The translations under genes and the position numbers were made by a program. The notes under the pieces are model-generated. The model was not told where the DNA came from and did no database searches. It saw only the letters and a program-made list of their open reading frames with translations. A DNA stretch of 64,000 nt, taken from the IMG/VR virus record IMGVR_UViG_3300043100_000006, positions 1 to 64,000 of that record, one strand, 5' to 3'. Positions 50,862 to 59,457 of this stretch are shown in pieces. Position 1 is the stretch's first letter. Each line of letters begins with the position of its first letter. Source of the DNA: a virus.

Positions 50862-53852
50862 ATGAAGATCATGGGAGGGCGCATCGTCGCACTGGTGGGC
50901 ATTCTCTCGCTCATGCTCTGTAGTCTTGTACTTGCGCAGGATATTCAACCAACCACGCAAGGGCCAAACAAAGAGACGGCAGCCTCGGCGGTAATTTCAA
51001 TTTCGGGAACGCCGGTCTTCTTCGCGGATAGGGGCGGCACGGTTTCTCAGGATTTTGAAATTGTCGTGAACGGATCTCCGTCCGCGCTGACAGTCAACGT
51101 TTACGGGTGCGGACTCTTTGTTTGTACTGCGCTTCCGCTCGGGACTTCGACAGGAACGGGAAGCCAGCACATCCCGGTGAGCGGCCCCTACGCCCGGTAC
51201 GAGGTTGTGCCGACTTTTAGCGGCGGAACTTCGCCGACCGTACAGATTAATCGCTACGCAACGACGGCACGAAGCGGCGGCACGACGCTCACGGGTACGG
51301 CGCCAATCGTAGTCGCGGGAGGGGCAGTGTCATGCCCCACCTGCGGCACTGGTACGGGTAACGTAATCGGCGCCACTACGCCAACAGCGGGCGATGCGGC
51401 GTCATTTGCCGATACCACTGGCAAGTTGCTAGCAGATGCCGGTGGCCCAGTCCCAACGACCATCGCTCCGGTAGCGACTCAGTTCTTAAGCGGGTATACC
51501 AAGAGCACTGGGGCATTTACGCAACGGGCTCTTGTGAGCGGCGATGTTCCAAACAATGGCGCGAACACAACCGGCAGTGCTGGAAGTTTTACAGGTAACT
51601 TGGTCGGCGACGTGACGGGAGCGCAGGGCGCGACGGTTGTTGGGAAAATCAACGGTGTGCCTTTATGTTCTGGCGTCGTTCCATCTACGACGCAAGTATT
51701 AACCTACACAACAGCGAGCAGCCCGAATCCATGTCTTACGTATGGATCTGTTAGCCCGCTTACGACAACTGGCGACATATATATCTACAATAGCGGTAAT
51801 GCTCGGCTACCATTTGGGGCAAATGGCCAATTCATGTTTGGTGCGAGCGGACTGCCGGCATGGGATGTGAATCTAACTGACGTTTCTAACCTACTTTCAT
51901 ATACCGGGGCGAGCGGAATCTCCACCAGTGGGCCGATCGCTGGCGGAACTGGAATAAGTAGCAGTGGATCGGGGGCTGGACGATTCAGTGCGGGTGCTGG
52001 TGCTACGCCGTTTCCAATTAGCGGCAATGCTTATGAATTAATCGGCCCCGCGCAAACGGGGACGGAGTATCAAGAGATGGTACCGAATGCTGCAGCGACT
52101 GGGTTTCTCTACGATACCTCAATCACTCCAGCGACGGCCGGTACGATCACTTTTAGCGGGACTGGGATTGCTACGATTCCACTCTCGACGGGCGGCACAT
52201 ATCCAGCAGGGATGTATGCTGGGAGCGGCACCGGGCCTCCTTGTCAAATCTCAGGTAATGGCACGAATGCCACCTGCACTACGACGATGAATAGCGGCGG
52301 GACGGCTGTCGCAAGCTTTAACGTCGGACTCCCTGGCAGTGGCTACACTTTAGCTACCGCATCCGTGCCCAACCAAAACTTTCGCTCTTATCTTGCGACA
52401 GCAGGTATTCCTCAAGGCGGTACGGGCCAAGCAACGGCCAATGCGGCATTTAACGCCCTGTCCCCAATGACAACGTTGGGTGACATTGAGTATGAAAACT
52501 CTACTCCAGCAGCCGCTAGATTAGCGGGGAACACGAGTGCGACCAAGAACTTCTTAACACAGACGGGCAATGGAACGACATCATCAGCTCCATTATGGGG
52601 GCCACTTGCATCTGGCGACATTCCGAATAATGCGGCGAACACTACAGGCACAGCTAGCAATGCAATCGCTGTCAATACGAACGCGTTTCCCGCTGCCGGT
52701 ACCTTCGTTTCGGGTGGTATGCCCTGCTACACGAGCACGACCGTAGAGGCTTCTTCCCTATTGTTTAATACGGCGCAGCCTATCATCGGGAGCGGCGCTG
52801 GCACATGCCCAGTAAGCGCTTCAGGAATTAAGTTTGGAAACAATTTAATTCAAAGCACGGCCAACGCCAGCAATATGACCTACTCTTCTGGCAACGGAAA
52901 CGTCAATGCTAACGTTGCCTTGGGTACGACTACCCTCCAAGGGCCAGATATCAATGGGACTGGCGGAGCAGCGTCTGTCGGTGGGCAAGCTTTAGTCCGC
53001 GGCGGAAACAACGCGGCCACCAACGCATCAAGCACGGCTGGAAACGTCGAAGTAGTGGCCGGGACTAGCGTGAGTGCTACGATCGGCCATCAGGGTCTTC
53101 ATCAATTTGGGGGTGCCTATACAAAAGGCACGACCTATACTCAATGGAATCTTCAGTGCTCACAATCTACGGCGGAACAAACACAGGACTGCACGGCGAG
53201 CCCGACCAATGTGATTGGAGTTGGTGAGAGCGTGAGTGCGACTGGCGTTACGGTGTTGGATGATGGAGATATCCCGATCAATGCCAGCGCAGCGGTGACG
53301 GCCGGGCATTCGGTATGCGCAGGCACGACGGCTGGACAGGTTACGGATAGCGGCGGCACAGGCCCATGCACATTTGGATCAACGATTGGGCACGTAACGC
53401 ATACCAGTGGGACTTACACACTGCCGGATGGCGTGAGCGTTACAGCGAGCACTTCGCTTCCGATTGTCCATTGGGAATATCGTGCGCCGACCTTCCCGCA
53501 AATGGTGGGTTCGGTTAGTTGCACACAAGCCAACTGCGCATCCTCCGCGACCACGCTATTCACTACAGGTGGAAGCACGGCACTATATAACATTTTCGCG
53601 GCAATTGACTGCACCGGTACGACCTCGACAGCTACGGCACAAATCAGCGTCAAATATACTGATCCCAGCGGGACGGTACAAACTCTCGCACCCACGGCTG
53701 CGGCCTGCACCGCTTTAGGAAGTTCCTCGGTAGCTATGATAAACCAGAGTGTAGAAGCGCAAAATGCGACAGCGATTCAATATCTAACGACGGGAGTAAA
53801 TTCACCGAACTATCAAGCCCGCGTCTCCATTATCCAGTTAACCACGAACTAA
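50862..53852 (+). CDS. large Sec-signal, T/G/S/C-rich fibre/adhesin-like protein
   Basis: Signal MKIMGGRIVALVGILSLMLCSLVLA-Q; internal repeats SGDVPNNGANTTG/SGDIPNNAANTTG and SPLTTTGD..ARL/SPMTTLGD..ARL. Confidence 0.8.
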   Translation: MKIMGGRIVALVGILSLMLCSLVLAQDIQPTTQGPNKETAASAVISISGTPVFFADRGGTVSQDFEIVVNGSPSALTVNVYGCGLFVCTALPLGTSTGTGSQHIPVSGPYARYEVVPTFSGGTSPTVQINRYATTARSGGTTLTGTAPIVVAGGAVSCPTCGTGTGNVIGATTPTAGDAASFADTTGKLLADAGGPVPTTIAPVATQFLSGYTKSTGAFTQRALVSGDVPNNGANTTGSAGSFTGNLVGDVTGAQGATVVGKINGVPLCSGVVPSTTQVLTYTTASSPNPCLTYGSVSPLTTTGDIYIYNSGNARLPFGANGQFMFGASGLPAWDVNLTDVSNLLSYTGASGISTSGPIAGGTGISSSGSGAGRFSAGAGATPFPISGNAYELIGPAQTGTEYQEMVPNAAATGFLYDTSITPATAGTITFSGTGIATIPLSTGGTYPAGMYAGSGTGPPCQISGNGTNATCTTTMNSGGTAVASFNVGLPGSGYTLATASVPNQNFRSYLATAGIPQGGTGQATANAAFNALSPMTTLGDIEYENSTPAAARLAGNTSATKNFLTQTGNGTTSSAPLWGPLASGDIPNNAANTTGTASNAIAVNTNAFPAAGTFVSGGMPCYTSTTVEASSLLFNTAQPIIGSGAGTCPVSASGIKFGNNLIQSTANASNMTYSSGNGNVNANVALGTTTLQGPDINGTGGAASVGGQALVRGGNNAATNASSTAGNVEVVAGTSVSATIGHQGLHQFGGAYTKGTTYTQWNLQCSQSTAEQTQDCTASPTNVIGVGESVSATGVTVLDDGDIPINASAAVTAGHSVCAGTTAGQVTDSGGTGPCTFGSTIGHVTHTSGTYTLPDGVSVTASTSLPIVHWEYRAPTFPQMVGSVSCTQANCASSATTLFTTGGSTALYNIFAAIDCTGTTSTATAQISVKYTDPSGTVQTLAPTAAACTALGSSSVAMINQSVEAQNATAIQYLTTGVNSPNYQARVSIIQLTTN

Positions 53853-53864
53853 TGCGGAGAATGA

Positions 53865-55679
53865 ATGGCTATCTTAAAGAGAGTCTTAGTCCTATTTTTA
53901 TTAGTCGCATCCATTGACGCACAACAGCAACTCAATCTGGTTATGGTCGCGCAAGCGCCGCTCGCCTCGGGGGGATCGACGGCAGCCCTATATACCGGAC
54001 TCGTCAATAATGTGTTCCAGCAAGGCGCATCGGGGAGTCTCGCGCGCTATGTAAGTGGCGTGACGCCTATTGTCGCTTGGAATGTGGTGGACACTGGTAC
54101 GACTGCTCCATCAATCAATTGGACGACGCTCGATGCCGATCTTAATGCTTGGCTATCAAACGGCGCGCCCTATCTTGGAATCATCTTCGCGCCAGCGATC
54201 GAAGGCGGCAATAACAACGGAACGCCAGCTTATGTCTTTACGACAACATACCAGGCGGCCATTGGAGCCGCACAGCCGCAAGATATCGTAGTGACGGGTT
54301 CCTATAGGGGTGGCAGCGGCAGTCCTTACGGCAATGCGAATGGCGCAACAGGATGCACGACAGGCTGTGATTACAATATCAATACTTGTGTTACCGCTGG
54401 CTGCACGTGGACGAATAGCGGCAATGACACGAGCGGACTCCCGGTGAGTATGATCGGGGAACCCATTGTCACCGCATGGGAATCTTTTGTGCAACAGGTT
54501 TACATCCACTTCTCTTCGGCCTGTGCGACGGGCGCGGGAGTGACGGACTGCACAAATGCGGCGACGGTGACCGCTAAATTAAAGTACATAAAGTTCGGTC
54601 CAACACAAGGCGGCGAAGCGAGTGTAGTTGGATTGGCCCTTTGGCCGATTCCCTCGGCGTACTCGACCTTCTCGCAGGCTTTTGTGGGAACTAACTCAGT
54701 GGCTCCAACTACGCCAACATGCCATCTCACTGGTACGGGTGGCGTGCTCAGTTATCTGGAACAGTTTTACGCTTTGCTGGGAACCTATATCACAACCTAC
54801 AATCCCTCGTGGATAGTGGTCGAATCGCTTCACTCGAATGGCAATCCTCCCAACGCTTCTTATGCGGACTGTCAGGCGATCTACGCAAAGGGAGACGGGT
54901 TGGGATTCGGCACCAACGGGTTAGAGATCAGCGACCAAGCCAATTATGCTGCTAGCAACGCGCCGCTTACGCCAGACCTTACGAATTGCACGAGCGATTG
55001 GTGCTACAACGTAAACGCCTATTGGCTGAATGTGCCGGCGAACTATCTTCAGACGTTGACGATTACCGATCCATCAAATGGATATCCACCTGGCGAAGTT
55101 ACTTCTGGCCAAGCCGGCTCGCTTGTAACCCTACTCACTTTTGCTTCGCAACGCCACGTGAGTATTGCGGAAATCTATCCGTGCGATGCCATGTTCGCCT
55201 TTGCAACCGCATGGAGTGGCCTTCCATCTACAGGTAATGGGGCAAGTTTGACCAACTGCCAGAGTTGGTACAACCAATCCTCGGGTGGGATTATCGGCTC
55301 GTCTGTCGGGGCGATTGGCGCGGGTTACGCGGTCAACGACACAGGCACGGTGACAACGGGCGGGGGTAATGCAACTTACATTGTTACGGCTGTCGTCGGG
55401 GGCGGAGTCTCATCTTTCAATATTGTGCTCACTGGGACTGGATACTCGGTTTCAAATGGCCAAGCGACGGCGAAAACTTCGGGGTCCGGGAATGGAGCAT
55501 TCACGGTAAATGTAACGGCTATCTCACCGCTTGCGGGGAGTTACAATGCCACTGGCGGCGGAGCAGGGGTGAATAATCAGTATGCGGAGGCGATTCAAAG
55601 TTTCACGTCGGCCAGCCCTGCGGGGACCGCGACTCTCACTGGTAATGCATCTGTAACAGGAAAGGCCTCGATTCAATGA
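53865..55679 (+). CDS. Sec-signal Cys-rich protein, possible clan-A glycoside hydrolase fold
   Basis: Signal MAILKRVLVLFLLVASIDA-Q; VAWNVVD...INWTTLD, GGE, YLQT, AEIY. Confidence 0.6.
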   Translation: MAILKRVLVLFLLVASIDAQQQLNLVMVAQAPLASGGSTAALYTGLVNNVFQQGASGSLARYVSGVTPIVAWNVVDTGTTAPSINWTTLDADLNAWLSNGAPYLGIIFAPAIEGGNNNGTPAYVFTTTYQAAIGAAQPQDIVVTGSYRGGSGSPYGNANGATGCTTGCDYNINTCVTAGCTWTNSGNDTSGLPVSMIGEPIVTAWESFVQQVYIHFSSACATGAGVTDCTNAATVTAKLKYIKFGPTQGGEASVVGLALWPIPSAYSTFSQAFVGTNSVAPTTPTCHLTGTGGVLSYLEQFYALLGTYITTYNPSWIVVESLHSNGNPPNASYADCQAIYAKGDGLGFGTNGLEISDQANYAASNAPLTPDLTNCTSDWCYNVNAYWLNVPANYLQTLTITDPSNGYPPGEVTSGQAGSLVTLLTFASQRHVSIAEIYPCDAMFAFATAWSGLPSTGNGASLTNCQSWYNQSSGGIIGSSVGAIGAGYAVNDTGTVTTGGGNATYIVTAVVGGGVSSFNIVLTGTGYSVSNGQATAKTSGSGNGAFTVNVTAISPLAGSYNATGGGAGVNNQYAEAIQSFTSASPAGTATLTGNASVTGKASIQ

Positions 55680-56479
55680 AGGTTCCCTTTATCACAGTAG
55701 TCTTCATCGCACTGACAGCAGTGGTCGCTGCGCAAAAGGTTGTACTGCCGATGCAAGTCGAGAGAATTCCCTGCCAGGCTAACTCAAACTACATCGGCGA
55801 TTTCGGACCAATGGAGGGCGGCACAAATCCGGCGTTGCGCGCCGAAATTGCAAAGCCGAACGCTGGAGCACCTAACGGCAGCGTGAGCCTGACATGCACC
55901 GCAGGAACAAGCGGAGCCGGACAGGGCGCGGCGATGAGTTTCAATTTTTACCGGGCTACCGCGACGACGGCATCCTGCCCGGCGAGTGGTTATGTAATCC
56001 TTGGCACAAGCCCGATGTTATCCAGTTGTGCATATGCAGATACTACCGTCTCGCCGAACACCACCTACTGCTATACGGCAACGGATCTAGATATTACGGT
56101 TGGTGCGACGTGCCCTGCGGGAGTGGTCTGCGAGAGCGGCCAATCATCGCCGCTTTTAGTCACAGTGCCAGCGCTGCTTCCGCCAAATCCGCCAACGGGA
56201 TTGACGGCTGGCCAGATCGTTGCAAAGTCAGTGCCCTTGCAATGGAAGGCTCCAGCGGCCCAGGCTGGCGTGATCGTGGAATCCTACAATGTGCTGCGGT
56301 GCCATGAAGCGAGGTGTCCTGACCCTCCGCTGGCTGCTACGGTGACAGCAACGAAGTACACCGACACCTGCGATTACACAAACCTCCTGTGCTACTACGA
56401 GATCACGGCCAATGACTTGGTGGGCGGGGTAAAGGAAACGACCGGGCCGAGCAATATCGTGGAAGCCAAGGTTAATTGA
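55676..56479 (+). CDS. secreted FN3-like protein, paralog 2
   Basis: Sec signal; C-terminal domain closely similar to 31283..31990. Confidence 0.8.
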   Translation: MKVPFITVVFIALTAVVAAQKVVLPMQVERIPCQANSNYIGDFGPMEGGTNPALRAEIAKPNAGAPNGSVSLTCTAGTSGAGQGAAMSFNFYRATATTASCPASGYVILGTSPMLSSCAYADTTVSPNTTYCYTATDLDITVGATCPAGVVCESGQSSPLLVTVPALLPPNPPTGLTAGQIVAKSVPLQWKAPAAQAGVIVESYNVLRCHEARCPDPPLAATVTATKYTDTCDYTNLLCYYEITANDLVGGVKETTGPSNIVEAKVN

Positions 56480-56751
56480 TGCGTCGGCCCCTGAAAACGG
56501 CAACAAGCTCTCAATTGCCGGGACGATGCTGTAGCGCAGCGCTCACCGCAAACCAGACGCCAACACTGACTGAGCGGGAAATTTTAGCATTAAAGTTAGC
56601 TGCGGAAGGATTGAGAAACAAAGAAGCTGCCGTGGTTCTTGACTGCTGCAGGACAAACGTGCGGAAACTGTGGCATTCAGCCTGCGTAAAACTTGGCGCA
56701 AACAATAAGTGCCACGCTATTGCACTTGCGATCCGAAGGAAGATCATTTGA
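56476..56751 (+). CDS. stand-alone LuxR-type HTH regulator
   Basis: LTEREILALKLAAEGLRNKEAA..L....V......KLGA....A...A. Confidence 0.8.
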   Translation: MMRRPLKTATSSQLPGRCCSAALTANQTPTLTEREILALKLAAEGLRNKEAAVVLDCCRTNVRKLWHSACVKLGANNKCHAIALAIRRKII

Positions 56752-56789
56752 ACGGAACGGAACGCAAAAATCTTCTAGCGCTCACCGCC

Positions 56790-57371
56790 TCAGGGAACAT
56801 GCTTCCAGATGTCGCGGCGCACGATTAGCCCGATCAGAGATGGCGAAACGTCATATTTGTCAGCAAGCCGACGATACTCCGTACCAATACGGGCCTTGCA
56901 ATCAGTGCGTATCTCTCTCACCTGATCCTCGGTGAGTTTGGACTGAGGAAGGTCCTCTCCCCGCTTGGTGCGGTTGCGCTTGTTTCTGTCGGCGGCGTTC
57001 TGGGCGTCAGTCCCTTCGATAACGTGGCGGGGGTTAAAGCAAGCCGGGGTATCGCAGGTATGGCGAGCCAAAGGATCAGGCCAGCGCCCGTGAGTCAGGT
57101 AGAAAGCAAGCCTATGTGCCCGTACTCTCTGCCCTGCTCCAAAATAGCAACGCCCATAGCCACCACTCATTTTGCCAAATGGCCAGATTAGGCACGCATC
57201 TGAATTGTGGGCTGCGATAGCCGTTTTCAGATAAAGCAACCGTGCGTCAGCATTTGCGAGATGCCGCGTCCGCATCTCCTGAAGAACGTCTAATTGTGCA
57301 GTAGAAGGTTTGCTAGAATTACGAGGAAGCATCGTTGCCCTCCGATGGCAATGGTGGTTTATGGCGAGCAC
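56790..57371 (-). CDS. HNH endonuclease (opposite strand within tail operon)
   Basis: CLIWP...GYG...AHR...RHTCDTPACFNPRHV..GT..QN..D; KLTEDQV. Confidence 0.85.
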   Translation of the reverse strand: MLAINHHCHRRATMLPRNSSKPSTAQLDVLQEMRTRHLANADARLLYLKTAIAAHNSDACLIWPFGKMSGGYGRCYFGAGQRVRAHRLAFYLTHGRWPDPLARHTCDTPACFNPRHVIEGTDAQNAADRNKRNRTKRGEDLPQSKLTEDQVREIRTDCKARIGTEYRRLADKYDVSPSLIGLIVRRDIWKHVP

Positions 57372-57460
57372 GCTTTCGCGAGCGTCTCGCCTTTCCTTAT
57401 TCTAGCAGAGCGCGAGATCGCAAGTCCAAACGCCCTAGGCGTAGAAAAAGGAGAAAGCAT

Positions 57461-58216
57461 ATGGTAATCGAATTCGGAAGTGGGGTACTATTTGGTAAGC
57501 CCATCGCGGGCAACCTGCCCACAAACCCGACGCCGGTGCGTCTCGGCGTCTTACAAGAATGCGCGATCAGTTTCAAGGGAGACTTGAAAAAGCTTTACGG
57601 TCAGTATCAGTTTCCGGTAGCGACGGCGCGCGGCAAAGTGGATATCGACATCAAAGGCAAGTTTGCGGCCTTCGATCCGATCGCAATGAACCAGTTGATG
57701 TTCGCGCAGCCGCAAACGGCGGGCATTACGCTGATTGCGGATAGCGAGAGCCATCCAATTGCAGCGACCGTTACCACTACGAACGCCTCAACCTATGTGG
57801 CCTCGGGCGGAGACTTCGGCGTGCAGAACGGTACGACGGGCGCGACGATGATCAACGTGCCATCCTCTCCGGCTGTTGGCCAGTACAGCGTGAACACCGC
57901 GACGGGCGTCTACTCGTTCAACGCGACAGATGTCACGAGCGGGTTCCCGGTTCTGATCAGTTATTTGTATCTGGCCTCGACGCGCGGCTGGACTACGGCC
58001 CTCACGCAACAGCTCATGGGCTACGCTCCGGTAGTCGAGATGTTTTTCTATGGCGACTTCCGCGGCAAGTACCTGGCGTGCCAGTTGAACAACGTAACCA
58101 TCGGAGATATCTCGCTACCCTCGAAGCTTGAGGACTTCTGGATGTCCGATCTCACTGGGTCCGCTAATGCGGACGCGAGCAATAACGTCGGCTATCTGTA
58201 CTCGGATGCCGCATAA
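57461..58216 (+). CDS. major tail (tube) protein
   Basis: FGSG.L...P...G.LQE...F...K.LYG.YQFP...ARGK; AAGGAG RBS. Confidence 0.85.
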   Translation: MVIEFGSGVLFGKPIAGNLPTNPTPVRLGVLQECAISFKGDLKKLYGQYQFPVATARGKVDIDIKGKFAAFDPIAMNQLMFAQPQTAGITLIADSESHPIAATVTTTNASTYVASGGDFGVQNGTTGATMINVPSSPAVGQYSVNTATGVYSFNATDVTSGFPVLISYLYLASTRGWTTALTQQLMGYAPVVEMFFYGDFRGKYLACQLNNVTIGDISLPSKLEDFWMSDLTGSANADASNNVGYLYSDAA

Positions 58217-58302
58217 TTCCCCCCCCCCCCCCCTCCACTTGTCGGGCGGAGCGTTCTGCTTCGCCCGACCTCTAACCTCATTCCCCGAAAGGAACGAAAG
58301 CC

Positions 58303-58764
58303 ATGCGCACGAAAGAAGTAACAGTCAATGAAGTCGCCTACCCCCTAACTTCCCTCAGTTGCGTCCAAGTCGATGAGATCATCTTCGCCAACGTAGATCT
58401 AAAGCAAGACGGCGCGACTGTCACTGCGGTTGTGCAGGGAACCAAGCGAACGATCCGCGACCGCGTGTGTCCGGCAATCGCAGCCTCCCTCAATAATGCA
58501 GTCGCCATCAATCACAGGACTGGGTTGCCGGGCGATGCCCAATGGTTCCTGCGAGCAAACCGCTGGGATGCTCCCGATGGTATTGCAGAAGAAAAGTGGG
58601 CGACGCCAGAGTCGGTCAGCGAACTGCTTTACGACGAATCAATGCGGCTCTACGGCGAGATCATGATTCTCACCGGACTGCGTGCCACCGCCGAAGTGAC
58701 CAAGCGAGCGGAAGTAAAGGTGCAGCCAGAGGGGGAAGAAACAGCCACCAGCGTCGTGCACTAG
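58303..58764 (+). CDS. tail assembly chaperone (G)
   Basis: Between tube and tape measure genes; ends with G_GGG_GAA slippery site at 58731-58737. Confidence 0.75.
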   Translation: MRTKEVTVNEVAYPLTSLSCVQVDEIIFANVDLKQDGATVTAVVQGTKRTIRDRVCPAIAASLNNAVAINHRTGLPGDAQWFLRANRWDAPDGIAEEKWATPESVSELLYDESMRLYGEIMILTGLRATAEVTKRAEVKVQPEGEETATSVVH

Positions 58765-59075
58765 AGGACATGGTTGGCTGCTTATCGGTGGAACTGCACA
58801 AGTTTCCCGAAGAAGTCTGGTGCATGTCGTACTGCGATGCGATGTTGCAGTGGCGGGAGTTTGAAAAGGCTCCGCCCGTGCGTTATCAGGTCGCGCAATA
58901 TCTCGGCTACAAAAACCCTCACCGCAAGTGGACCGGCAAGGTTGCTCCTGGCGACTTTATTGAAATGCAGAAGGTCATGGGACCGGCTGCGCCTATGCCA
59001 GCACACTTGAAAGAGGCTATCAAGTGGGCAGAGGGCATGAAGAATAAGCATCCTGGGCTAAAAACCGTGCAGTAA
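58737..59075 (+). CDS. tail assembly chaperone -1 frameshift extension (T)
   Basis: The -1 frame (ORF 58542..59075) is open across the slippery site; PP.....A.YLG motif. Confidence 0.7.
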   Translation, partial: RNSHQRRALEDMVGCLSVELHKFPEEVWCMSYCDAMLQWREFEKAPPVRYQVAQYLGYKNPHRKWTGKVAPGDFIEMQKVMGPAAPMPAHLKEAIKWAEGMKNKHPGLKTVQ

Positions 59076-59163
59076 GTTTTCATTGGCTACAGACTCGACT
59101 CCCTGCTGATTCAACCATAACCCCGATTCCGAGCTAAGGCCGAAACTCAAATGGAGGGAAAAC

Positions 59164-59406
59164 ATGGAAAAGATCACAGCGGAAATAAGAGTAACAGGAC
59201 TCAAGGTTCAACCGTTCGCTTACAAAGGCAGCACTGGCGATGAGGTTGGAGGCGAATCATTAGAAATGCGGGCTGCTGGTTTCTGGGTCGATGAAAAGAC
59301 CAAGGACCACTATCCCGTATCGCTTCACATGACCGTCTATCCGGGGCACGGCGTCGTTCCCGCGATAGGCGATTGCGTGAACATCTCTGTAGAACGCAGC
59401 AGTTAG
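59164..59406 (+). CDS. hypothetical protein
   Basis: GGAGG RBS, 80 aa. Confidence 0.6.
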   Translation: MEKITAEIRVTGLKVQPFAYKGSTGDEVGGESLEMRAAGFWVDEKTKDHYPVSLHMTVYPGHGVVPAIGDCVNISVERSS

Positions 59407-59457
59407 GCGGTCCGCAGGGGGGTCGAGTCTGTAGCCAGCGACAAATCCCTCCACCCG

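Noticed and set aside
50862-56479. Diversity-generating retroelement acting on fibre/FN3 genes
   Set aside because: No reverse transcriptase in the window, and FN3 paralog differences are not adenine-specific
57335-57460. N-terminal extension of tail tube ORF from 57335
   Set aside because: Strong AAGGAG RBS precedes ATG 57461; the extension overlaps the HNH start region
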